From Geminocystis sp. NIES-3708 (GTDB lineage: Bacteria; Cyanobacteriota; Cyanobacteriia; Cyanobacteriales; Cyanobacteriaceae), in assembly GCF_001548095.1 (NCBI RefSeq), contig NZ_AP014815.1, positions 835,656 through 867,655 of the forward strand: 32,000 nt of DNA. Direction: 5' to 3'. The position numbers and the translations under genes are program-made. The first letter of the stretch is position 1. The number at the start of each line of letters is the position of its first letter. The notes below the pieces were generated by a model. That model saw only the letters and a program-made list of their open reading frames with translations. It searched no databases and was not told the DNA's origin. Shown one piece after another: positions 18,261 through 26,771 of this stretch.

Positions 18261-19400
18261 ATGACAAACAATAATATTAAATTTATTCAAATTTTATCAG
18301 CCTTAGCCTTGATGTTAAACTTAACTGCTTGTGGTGAAACTAAAACACCTAATAGCACTGAACCTACACAGGGAAGTCAAACTCAAGGAGAAGGGACATC
18401 TATTACTTTACCTTTTGAAAATACAGTAATTTTAAATGGTGCTGGTGCAACGATTACCGCTCCCTTATATGAAAACTGGTTTCAAGGCTTAAATCAAAAA
18501 GTGCCGAAATTAGAAGTTAATTATGAATCTGTTGGTAATGTTATTGGAGTAGAAAAATTTATTGCTGATAGTGTTGATTTTGGTGCTAGTTACGTAGCTA
18601 TGACTGATGAAGAAATGGCAAGGGTAAATAAGGGAGTTCTTCTTTTACCTGTAACGGCTGGGGCAATTGTTTTTACTTATAATTTACCCGGAGTCGAAAG
18701 TTTACAATTAAGTAGGGAAACTTATGTTGATATTGCTTTAGGAAATATTACTAACTGGAATGATCCCAAAATTGTAGCTGACAATCCAAATGTAACTTTG
18801 CCTGATAAACCAATTATTTTTGTTCATCGTGCTGATGGAAGTGGTACTACTGAATTTTTTACTAAACATTTATCTTCTATTAATGAACAATGGAAAACGA
18901 AAGTTGGAGAAGGGAAGATTGTTAAATGGGGTGTTAATGGCGGTAAACTATTAGCCGCTCAAGGTAATGAAGGGGTTATTGAAAATATTAAAAATAATGA
19001 AGGTTCTATTGGGTATGTAGAATTTAGTTATGCTCAAAAAGATCAACTTCCCATGGTTGCCATTGAGAATAAAACTGGTAAATTTATTGTACCCAGTCAA
19101 GAAACTGGTTTTAAAACATTAGAGAATACTCCGTTAGCCGGAGATTTACGCACTTTTATTACAGATCCTGAAGGAGAAAACTCTTATCCTATTGTTGCTT
19201 ATAATTGGATTTTAGCTTATCAAAAATATGATGATCCTAATAAGGCGATCGCCATGGAAGCGATGATTCAATATGCTTTAACCGAAGGTCAAAAAATCGC
19301 TCCATCTCTTGGTTTTATTTCTTTGCCTCCTAATGTCATCGAAAAAGTTGCCACAGTAGCAGATAATATTACTCCTGATTATACTATCAAGATTAAATAA
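18261..19400 (+). CDS. pstS: PstS-family phosphate-binding lipoprotein (orphan, no pstCAB adjacent)
   Basis: 379 aa with a lipoprotein signal ending LNLTAC. It carries the PBP motifs GAGATI and RADGSGTTEFFTKHL. Confidence 0.82.
   Translation: MTNNNIKFIQILSALALMLNLTACGETKTPNSTEPTQGSQTQGEGTSITLPFENTVILNGAGATITAPLYENWFQGLNQKVPKLEVNYESVGNVIGVEKFIADSVDFGASYVAMTDEEMARVNKGVLLLPVTAGAIVFTYNLPGVESLQLSRETYVDIALGNITNWNDPKIVADNPNVTLPDKPIIFVHRADGSGTTEFFTKHLSSINEQWKTKVGEGKIVKWGVNGGKLLAAQGNEGVIENIKNNEGSIGYVEFSYAQKDQLPMVAIENKTGKFIVPSQETGFKTLENTPLAGDLRTFITDPEGENSYPIVAYNWILAYQKYDDPNKAIAMEAMIQYALTEGQKIAPSLGFISLPPNVIEKVATVADNITPDYTIKIK
19245..19252. repeat. HIP1 octamer GCGATCGC
   Basis: Exact match, inside pstS. 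Confidence 0.95.
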
Positions 19401-19457
19401 AGAAATCAAACTATATCAATCCTACTATGGGACTTGTCAGAATTAGACTCTCCTAAA

Positions 19458-19475
19458 CCCCCTAAAAAAAGGGGG
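19458..19475 (-). terminator. C5/G5 hairpin, possible terminator for the pirin gene
   Basis: The plus strand reads CCCCC-TAAAAAAA-GGGGG. As minus-strand RNA the stem is followed by UUUAGG. It lies about 95 nt downstream of the pirin stop. Confidence 0.35.
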
Positions 19476-19493
19476 AATACTAACCTAAATTTC

Positions 19494-19519
19494 TCACAAA
19501 TGATTTAGTACTACTATAG
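19494..19519 (+). repeat. 26-nt direct repeat, copy 1
   Basis: tcacaaatgatttagtactactatag matches copy 2 at 23 of 26 positions. Confidence 0.8.
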
Positions 19520-19543
19520 AATCATTTTTTAATCTTTAATTAT

Positions 19544-19569
19544 TCACAAATGATTTAGGTTTACTATAG
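19544..19569 (+). repeat. 26-nt direct repeat, copy 2
   Basis: tcacaaatgatttaggtttactatag starts exactly 50 nt after copy 1 and ends 1 nt before the pirin stop codon. Confidence 0.8.
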
Positions 19570-19570
19570 C

Positions 19571-20275
19571 TTAAGATTTAAAGTGAAATAACAAAAATTC
19601 TGTGTCGTTTTCAAGTGATATTAAATTCAGTTTATCTTCTTCATTGATTGCCACTCCATCACCAGTTTTTATGTTGTTTCCGTTAATATTTAATTCTCCT
19701 TTAACTATTTGAATCCAACCATAATCTCTCGATTTTAATTCATAGTTAATTATTTCTTCATTATTCAGAATACACCCAAATAAATCCATATTTTGATGAA
19801 TTATTAATGAGTTTTCTTTACCATCATTAGAAGCTAATAAACAAAGTTTACCTTTTTTATCTTGTTGAGAAAATGATTTTTGTTCATAACCGGGAGTTAA
19901 ATTTTTATGATCAGGAGTAATCCAAATTTGTAATAAATGTACTGATTCCTCATTAGAATGATTATACTCACTATGGCGAATACCTGTTCCTGCCGTCATT
20001 CTTTGCACTTCTCCCGCAGGAATTGTTTCTGTATTACCAATACTGTCTTTATGTTCTAATTCTCCTTCTATCACATAGGTAACAATTTCCATATCTTTAT
20101 GACCATGAGTACCAAAACCCTGACCCGGTGCGATAATATCTTCATTAATCACTAATAAATTACCAAAGCCCATATATTTGGGATCATAATAATTACCAAA
20201 AGAAAAAGTATGCTTTGTATCTAGCCAACCAAAATTTATATTTCCTCTTTCTGCTGATGGACGAACAGTAATCAT
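19571..20275 (-). CDS. Pirin-family bicupin protein
   Basis: 234 aa with the N-terminal cupin metal motif GFGTHGHKDMEIVTYVIEGELEHKD and MTAGTGIRHSE. Confidence 0.88.
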   Translation of the reverse strand: MITVRPSAERGNINFGWLDTKHTFSFGNYYDPKYMGFGNLLVINEDIIAPGQGFGTHGHKDMEIVTYVIEGELEHKDSIGNTETIPAGEVQRMTAGTGIRHSEYNHSNEESVHLLQIWITPDHKNLTPGYEQKSFSQQDKKGKLCLLASNDGKENSLIIHQNMDLFGCILNNEEIINYELKSRDYGWIQIVKGELNINGNNIKTGDGVAINEEDKLNLISLENDTEFLLFHFKS

Positions 20276-20466
20276 TTTTTTTACCTCTAATTAGATGATA
20301 TTTCTAACTATAACAATCTCATTTAAAATTTGATTTCAAGTTTTATCTACTTTTCTTATACGGTAATCAGCAATTATTAATGAAAAATTAATTTTTAAGT
20401 TCAATTACTTGGTTAAAATATAATCATTATTCAAATTATTTTCAAACTTTATCATCAATAATATTT

Positions 20467-20949
20467 ATGAAAAGACGTACTTTTTTATCTATAACTATCT
20501 CAACTATTTCTTTTTTTTTCGGAATAAAAGAAGTTAAATCGGCAGAAAATAAACCCAAAAAAATATCTTTATCTAATACCCAATGGCAAAAAAAATTAAC
20601 TCCTCAACAATATCAAGTTTTAAGAAAAGAAGCCACGGAAAAACCTTTTTCTAGTGCTTTAAACGAAGAAAAAAGACAAGGTATCTATGTTTGTGCTGGT
20701 TGTGAACTTCCTTTATTTAATTCTAATACTAAATATAATAGTGGCACTGGTTGGCCAAGTTTTTTTGATACGATTACCGATGCCATTGAAACCAAAAGAG
20801 ATTTTAAATTAGTAATTCCACGCACTGAATATCATTGTGCTAGATGTGGTGGTCATCAAGGTCATGTATTTAATGATGGTCCAAAACCCACAGGAAAACG
20901 TTATTGCAATAATGGGATCGCTTTAAAATTTATTCCTAAAAATACTTAA
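20467..20949 (+). CDS. msrB: Peptide methionine (R)-sulfoxide reductase MsrB with predicted Tat-type export signal
   Basis: 160 aa. The N-terminus MKRRTFLSITISTISFFFGIKEVKSA has a twin-arginine RRxFL and an AxA-like site. There are two zinc CxxC pairs (CAGC, CARC), the catalytic RYCNNG, and GTGWPSF. Confidence 0.9.
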   Translation: MKRRTFLSITISTISFFFGIKEVKSAENKPKKISLSNTQWQKKLTPQQYQVLRKEATEKPFSSALNEEKRQGIYVCAGCELPLFNSNTKYNSGTGWPSFFDTITDAIETKRDFKLVIPRTEYHCARCGGHQGHVFNDGPKPTGKRYCNNGIALKFIPKNT

Positions 20950-20991
20950 CTAAAAAATATTAAATTCTTTTTAAGAATTCATTAAATCATT

Positions 20992-21663
20992 ATGTTTTTA
21001 TTATTTATTATCTTTTTTTCATTGTTTTCTTTTATTTATTTATCCAAAAAAATTGCTATTAATTTACAAAGTTTAAGTAAATTTAGCACAGTATTCTTCA
21101 TCATAATTTTTATTATCGTAACACCCTTTGCTCATGCCAATACTGACAAAATTGAAAAAGCAACTTTTGCAGGAGGTTGTTTTTGGTGTATGGAATCACC
21201 TTTTGACGAAATGAAAGGAGTTTTATCTACAACATCTGGCTATACAGGAGGAAACGTCAAAAATCCTACCTATAAACAAGTGAGTAACGGTAAAACTGGT
21301 CATACAGAAGCGGTAGAAATAAAATATGACAGTAAACTGGTTAATTATAGTCAATTATTGACGGTTTTTTGGAAAAATATAGATCCTACCGTTCAAAATA
21401 GACAATTTTGTGATGTAGGGAATCAATATCGTAGTGGCATTTTTTATCACAACGAAACACAAAAAAAATTAGCTCAAGAAACTAAGCAAAAAGTCGAAAA
21501 ACAACTTAAAAAAAAGATTTTCACGGAAATAAAACCTGCGAGTAATTTTTATGTCGCAGAAGACTATCACCAAGATTATTACAAAAAAAATCCTCTTTTA
21601 TACAAATATTATCGTTACCGTTGTGGCAGAGATCAACGATTAAAAGAAATTTGGGGAAATTAA
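20992..21663 (+). CDS. msrA: Peptide methionine (S)-sulfoxide reductase MsrA, exported/membrane-anchored form
   Basis: 223 aa with the active site GGCFWC. The ~50-aa N-terminal extension has two hydrophobic stretches, the second ending in the AxA cleavage-like site FAHA-NTDK. The gene starts 42 nt after msrB. Confidence 0.88.
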   Translation: MFLLFIIFFSLFSFIYLSKKIAINLQSLSKFSTVFFIIIFIIVTPFAHANTDKIEKATFAGGCFWCMESPFDEMKGVLSTTSGYTGGNVKNPTYKQVSNGKTGHTEAVEIKYDSKLVNYSQLLTVFWKNIDPTVQNRQFCDVGNQYRSGIFYHNETQKKLAQETKQKVEKQLKKKIFTEIKPASNFYVAEDYHQDYYKKNPLLYKYYRYRCGRDQRLKEIWGN

Positions 21664-21667
21664 GTAG

Positions 21668-21686
21668 GGGTGAATACCATTCACCC
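21668..21686. terminator. GC-containing hairpin between convergent msrA and hemF (possible bidirectional terminator)
   Basis: GGGTGAAT-ACC-ATTCACCC forms a perfect 8-bp stem. A T7 run follows only after 11 more nt on the plus strand, so it is not a canonical intrinsic terminator. Confidence 0.45.
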
Positions 21687-21711
21687 AACTCCTAAAATTT
21701 TTTTACTTTAG

Positions 21712-22743
21712 TTATTTTAAGTTCAAATTTGTCCAATCTTGAGGCTGTAAAAAATATTCAGTTAATCTGGCTTCTTTGCTTCCAGCCTCTGGTTTATAGC
21801 CATATTCCCAACGGGTTAAAGGTGGTAATGACATTAAAATTGATTCTGTGCGCCCGTTAGTTTGTAAACCAAAAATTGTTCCTCGATCATAGACTAAGTT
21901 AAACTCTACATAGCGCCCCCGACGATATAATTGAAAATTGCGTTCTTTTTCCCCATATTCCATCTTATTACGACGCTCAACAATGGGAATATAAGAAGCT
22001 AAGAAAGCATTACCGCAACTTTGGGCAAAATTGAACAAATCTTCCCAATTATGAGACATTTTACCCACTTTTTCACTATATTGATTAGCTAATCCATTTT
22101 GATCTGAGCCACCATAAAGAATACCACGATTGTCTTGATAGTCAAAGAAAATTCCACCAATGCCTCTGGCTTCCTGACGATGTTTTAAGTAAAAATATTC
22201 ATCACACCAGCGTTTAAATGTAGGATAATATTCGGGATTATGGCGATCACACGCTTGTTTTAATGTAGTATGAAAATGAATAGCATCTTCCTCGAAACCA
22301 TAGTAAGGAGTTAAATCAGCACCACCGCCAAACCACCAGACAGGACCAGCTTCAAAATAGCGATAATTGAGGTGTACTGTTGGTACATAAGGATTTTTAG
22401 GGTGCAATACCATAGAAGTGCCTGTAGCATAAAAACTATGACCAGCGGCTTCAGGGCGTTGGATTAAAATAGAAGGGGGTAAAGTATCGCCCCAAACTTC
22501 GGAAAAGTTAACGCCACCTTGCTCAAATACGCCACCGTCACAGATTACTCTTGTGCGTCCACCGCCGCCTTCTTCTCTTTGCCAATTATCTTCTTGAAAT
22601 TTAGCCTTACCATCTATTGCTTCTAAACCTTGACAAATGTTATCCTGTAATGTTTTAACAAATTCTCTCGCTTTTTCTCTGGCATTGTTAGGAGGCAAAC
22701 TATTATTAACGACTCCTTTTTGTTGAATTATTACACTGGTCAT
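21712..22743 (-). CDS. hemF: Oxygen-dependent coproporphyrinogen III oxidase
   Basis: 343 aa with HemF motifs [29 protein letters not shown] and SLPP. Confidence 0.95.
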   Translation of the reverse strand: MTSVIIQQKGVVNNSLPPNNAREKAREFVKTLQDNICQGLEAIDGKAKFQEDNWQREEGGGGRTRVICDGGVFEQGGVNFSEVWGDTLPPSILIQRPEAAGHSFYATGTSMVLHPKNPYVPTVHLNYRYFEAGPVWWFGGGADLTPYYGFEEDAIHFHTTLKQACDRHNPEYYPTFKRWCDEYFYLKHRQEARGIGGIFFDYQDNRGILYGGSDQNGLANQYSEKVGKMSHNWEDLFNFAQSCGNAFLASYIPIVERRNKMEYGEKERNFQLYRRGRYVEFNLVYDRGTIFGLQTNGRTESILMSLPPLTRWEYGYKPEAGSKEARLTEYFLQPQDWTNLNLK

Positions 22744-23067
22744 AGTTTTTTGATGTTTTTTTGTTCTTTTTTACATATTAATAACTATATAGTGATTAAA
22801 TAATTATTGCCAAGATAACTTATTAAAACTTAATATTTCATATATATTTAAAGAAATGTTATTCTAAGTAGCTGTATAAGTAATCATGCAAATTTCATTG
22901 TATAAAGGTAATGGGTTTAAACCGATTGTTATCATAGCTTTGAGAAAAATATACAAAAAATTTTGTTTACATACTTACTAAAGGATAAATCTTTTACTAT
23001 TAGCCAATAAAGATATTTTTGGTGACATTTTGTCTTAAAATAAAAGAAAAATAATTACCTTTTATTT

Positions 23068-26000
23068 ATGACTATCTCCTTTATTTTGAAAGATTCTAAT
23101 TATAAATTATCTCAATTTACCACCGATGAAATAGCAGATTTAGAAAGCTCTATTTTTCTTAAACAAACGGCAAAAAGTAGTAATTATTATATTAATTGTT
23201 TAGTCAGAAAAAAAGACATTCAACTTAAACCAGAAGAAGTTATTAGACAGTTATATTTAAGGGTTTTATATCAGCGTTATAGTTATCCTTTTTCTCGTAT
23301 GGAAGTAGAATATTCCGTTTCTTTTGGTAGAGAAAAAAAGAAAGCTGATATAGTCATATTCGATCAAGATAAGCCCACCATTCCCTATATAATTATCGAA
23401 TTAAAAGCACCGAAATTAAAAGACGGAAAAGATCAACTCAAATCCTATTGTAACGCTACAGGTGCGCCGATAGCCGTGTGGACAAATGGAGATCAAATTT
23501 CATTTTATCAGAGAAAAGATCCTAATTATTTTGAAGATATAACCGATATTCCTAATGTTAATCAAACCTTAGCGGATATATTAAATGAAAAATTTACCCT
23601 CGAAGATTTAGTTAAAAAAGATAAATTAGTCACTGAAAAAAAATCCTTAAAAAACTTAATTGAAGAATTAGAAGACGAAGTTTTAGCAAACGCAGGTGTT
23701 GATGTATTTGAAGAAGTATTTAAACTCATTTTTACTAAACTTTATGATGAATGGTTATCAGGAAAAGGTAACAATAAAAATACCCGTTGTTTAGAATTTA
23801 GAAACACTGGGCAAACCGAAACCGCCCTCAAAAATAAGATTCAAAAACTCTTTGATGATGCCAAGAAAAAATGGGAAGGGGTATTTAGTGAAGAGAGCAA
23901 AATTACCCTTACTCCTTCTCACTTATCTGTCTGTGTTTCCTCCCTCGAAAATGTCAAGTTGTTTAACTCTAATTTAGATGTAGTTGATGAGGCTTTTGAG
24001 TATCTAATTAATAAGAGTAGTAAGGGAGAAAAAGGGCAGTTTTTTACTCCTCGATATGTTATCGATATGTGTGTGAAAATGCTTAACCCAAAAGAAGACG
24101 AATTTATGATTGACACCGCCGCAGGTTCATCGGGTTTTCCTGTACATAGTATCTTCCATGTGTGGAAACAAATTTTAGAAGATGTGGGTATTTCTGCGAG
24201 TCATTTATTCTCTTTAGAAGATAAGCCTTATCGATGCACAAAATACGTTGAAGAAAAGGTTTTCGCTATTGATTTTGACGAAAAAGCGGTGCGAGTTGCC
24301 CGTACTTTAAACCTAATTGCAGGGGATGGAGAAACGAACGTTTTACATCTTAATACCCTCGATTTTGATAGGTGGGATGACTGGATAAAACAAGAGGATT
24401 GGATTGATATTTATAATCAAGGTTTTAAGCGTTTAAAGAAATTGCAAAAAGAGAAAAATAGTTATCAACAATTCAATTTTGATGTGTTAATGGCTAACCC
24501 TCCTTTTGCTGGTGATATTAAGGAAAGTCGTCTTATCCAAAAGTATGATTTATCGGTAAAAGATAACGGTAAAAGACAAACTAAAATGGGGCGGGATATT
24601 CTCTTTATTGAGCGCAATTTAGACTTCCTTAAACCGGGGGGAAGAATGGCGATCGTACTACCTCAAGGTAGGTTTAATAATTCTTCTGATAAATATATCC
24701 GTGATTACTTAGCGCAAAGATGTCGAATTTTAGCGGTAATTGGTTTACATGGCAACACTTTTAAACCCCATACTGGCACGAAAACTTCCGTTTTATTGGT
24801 GCAAAAATGGGATGATATTTTATGCCCAAAAGTGGAGGATTATAATATCTTTTTCGCTACTATGCGCAAATCTGGTAAGGATAATTCGGGAGAAAAAATC
24901 TATAGTAAAAATAGCAATGGTGAATTTATTTTAGATAGTCATAATCACTTAATTGTTGAACATGATTTATTTAACCATGATGGATTAACAGAAAATGGAA
25001 TAGCAGAAGCGTTTATGGAATTTGCGAAAAAGGAGGGTTTAAGTTTTTTTGATTTAAGCCTATCTATTAACAGTTTTGATGCGGTTAAATATCAGCAATT
25101 AATGGATAGGCTAGAAGCAGTTGAATTAAAATTAAGTGAGGTTTTAAATAATAATCAAGTTGTGAGATTAGATTCGGAATATTTTAAAAAAGATTATTTA
25201 TTTAGTGAAGTTTTGATTAAAAATAGAAACTGGCATTTTTTAGGTAAAATAATAAAAAGTGTTAAAAGTTTCGGTGCATATTCACTATATAATAGTATTG
25301 ATTATTGTGCTAAAGGAATACCTTTTTTGCGTTGTGTAAATGTTAAAAATAATCAGGTAAATTTTTCTGATGTATTATATATTGATCAAGAGTCTCATCA
25401 GCTTTTATGGAAATCAGAAATAAAACCTAAAATGGTATTATTAACCATGTCTGGTAGTGCTGGTAATGTAGCAATAGCTGAAGAAACATGGACTTATCCT
25501 ATTAATTCCAATCAAGACATAGCAAAAATAGATTGTTCTGATCAAGTAAATCCTTATTATTTATATAGTTTTTTTATCACAAAATACGGATTAAATCAAA
25601 TTCAAAGACAATTAGTTGGTAGTGTTCAACAACATATTCTTTTATGGCAAATAGACAAATTAATTATTCCTATTTTTTCAAATGCTTTTTATGATTTGGT
25701 TGAGCAAATAGTTGTTAAATCTCAAAAAATTATGAATAATTCAAAACAACTTTATCAAGAAGCAGAGGAGTTATTATTAACAGAATTAGGGTTAAAAGAT
25801 TGGCAACCAACGGAACATAATATCACAGTAAAAAGTTTTTCATTATCCTTTGTCAATTCAGGGCGTTTAGATGCGGAATATTATCAACCTAAATATGATC
25901 AAGTTATTAGTCAAATTAAAGACTATAAACAAGGCTTTGATTTACTGTCAAAAATCTGTAAATTATATGATCAAAATTTTACACCTACAGAAGATAAAGA

Positions 26001-26544
26001 GTATAAATATATAGAATTATCAAATATTGATAATAATGGACAAATTAGTGATTCTACCATTGATTACGGCTTAAATTTACCAACAAGAGCCAGAAGATTA
26101 ATAAAAGCAAATCAAGTAATTATTTCATCTATAGAAGGTTCATTAGATAAATGTGCTATTGTTAGTGATAGATTTCATGAATCTATTTGTTCAACTGGTT
26201 TTTATGTTATTGATTCACCAATAATTAATAGTGAGACTTTATTAGTTTTATTTCGTTCAAATTTAATGCAGTTACAATTAAAACAAGGTTGCTCAGGTAC
26301 AATTTTAACGGCTATAAATAAAAATGCTTTTAATTCTAATATTTTACCTTTAATTGCTCAAAGAATACAAATACAAATTAAAAAGAAAATTGAAGGAATG
26401 GGATTAGCTATTCAACAATCAAAAGAGTTATTAGAGATAGCAAAAAAAGGAGTTGAAAAAGCCATAGAAAGTGAGGAAGAAACAGCAATAAAATGGATTA
26501 ATAAGGAGTTAGAGAAAATGGGAGTAAAATATAGTGAATTTTGA
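23068..26544 (+). CDS. Single-chain restriction-modification-specificity enzyme (HSDR_N-type PD-ExK nuclease, gamma-class N6-adenine methyltransferase and two HsdS-like TRDs); Type IIB/IIG-like
   Basis: 1158 aa.
- N-terminus: ADIVIF...YIIIELKAPK (D 23347-23349; E-x-K 23398-23406) in an HSDR_N-like context (WTNGDQISFYQ).
- Methylase: GQFFTPRYVIDMCVKML, DTAAGSSGF and NPPF (24496-24507).
- C-terminal ~500 aa: two repeated TRD units marked by RLDSEYFKKDY and RLDAEYYQPKY, with coiled-coil spacers. Confidence 0.85.
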   Translation: MTISFILKDSNYKLSQFTTDEIADLESSIFLKQTAKSSNYYINCLVRKKDIQLKPEEVIRQLYLRVLYQRYSYPFSRMEVEYSVSFGREKKKADIVIFDQDKPTIPYIIIELKAPKLKDGKDQLKSYCNATGAPIAVWTNGDQISFYQRKDPNYFEDITDIPNVNQTLADILNEKFTLEDLVKKDKLVTEKKSLKNLIEELEDEVLANAGVDVFEEVFKLIFTKLYDEWLSGKGNNKNTRCLEFRNTGQTETALKNKIQKLFDDAKKKWEGVFSEESKITLTPSHLSVCVSSLENVKLFNSNLDVVDEAFEYLINKSSKGEKGQFFTPRYVIDMCVKMLNPKEDEFMIDTAAGSSGFPVHSIFHVWKQILEDVGISASHLFSLEDKPYRCTKYVEEKVFAIDFDEKAVRVARTLNLIAGDGETNVLHLNTLDFDRWDDWIKQEDWIDIYNQGFKRLKKLQKEKNSYQQFNFDVLMANPPFAGDIKESRLIQKYDLSVKDNGKRQTKMGRDILFIERNLDFLKPGGRMAIVLPQGRFNNSSDKYIRDYLAQRCRILAVIGLHGNTFKPHTGTKTSVLLVQKWDDILCPKVEDYNIFFATMRKSGKDNSGEKIYSKNSNGEFILDSHNHLIVEHDLFNHDGLTENGIAEAFMEFAKKEGLSFFDLSLSINSFDAVKYQQLMDRLEAVELKLSEVLNNNQVVRLDSEYFKKDYLFSEVLIKNRNWHFLGKIIKSVKSFGAYSLYNSIDYCAKGIPFLRCVNVKNNQVNFSDVLYIDQESHQLLWKSEIKPKMVLLTMSGSAGNVAIAEETWTYPINSNQDIAKIDCSDQVNPYYLYSFFITKYGLNQIQRQLVGSVQQHILLWQIDKLIIPIFSNAFYDLVEQIVVKSQKIMNNSKQLYQEAEELLLTELGLKDWQPTEHNITVKSFSLSFVNSGRLDAEYYQPKYDQVISQIKDYKQGFDLLSKICKLYDQNFTPTEDKEYKYIELSNIDNNGQISDSTIDYGLNLPTRARRLIKANQVIISSIEGSLDKCAIVSDRFHESICSTGFYVIDSPIINSETLLVLFRSNLMQLQLKQGCSGTILTAINKNAFNSNILPLIAQRIQIQIKKKIEGMGLAIQQSKELLEIAKKGVEKAIESEEETAIKWINKELEKMGVKYSEF

Positions 26545-26767
26545 GATTATTGGTACGATAAAAAATATAGAAATTATTGCGGTTAATAACTCCATTCGAG
26601 ATTTAAAGAGATTAAAAAAGTTTTATGGAGGACAAAGATGGTGAAAATTAAAAGGAATAGGTACTATAGTCTTAAAAAACGGTAATATTTATCAAGCTGA
26701 GTTACATTGGTATGAAGCTCATGGAATTGGCAAAAAAGAGATTAAAATTAAAACTATTTTGGAGTAA
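26534..26767 (+). pseudogene. Small conserved-looking ORF interrupted by an in-frame TGA (codon 37, 26642-26644)
   Basis: My own translation from GTG 26534 reads VNFEIIGTIKNIEIIAVNNSIRDLKRLKKFYGGQRW*KLKGIGTIVLKNGNIYQAELHWYEAHGIGKKEIKIKTILE*. Both halves are in one frame. The second half has no start codon of its own. The ORF overlaps the R-M-S gene end by 11 nt. Confidence 0.55.
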
Positions 26768-26771
26768 AGAT

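Noticed and set aside
22886-22981. 31-codon ORF (MQISLYKGNGFKPIVIIALRKIYKKFCLHTY) in the hemF / R-M-S intergenic region.
   Set aside because: There is no RBS and no recognisable family. The length is within chance expectation for this region. It is not reportable as a gene without expression or conservation data.
26712-26771. Upstream ATG (26712) as the start of the 26712-27002 ORF.
   Set aside because: It would overlap the preceding ORF by 56 nt and add a lysine-rich leader (MKLMELAKKRLKLKLFWSKD). The ATG at 26772 has a GGAG 8 nt upstream and follows the upstream stop by 4 nt.
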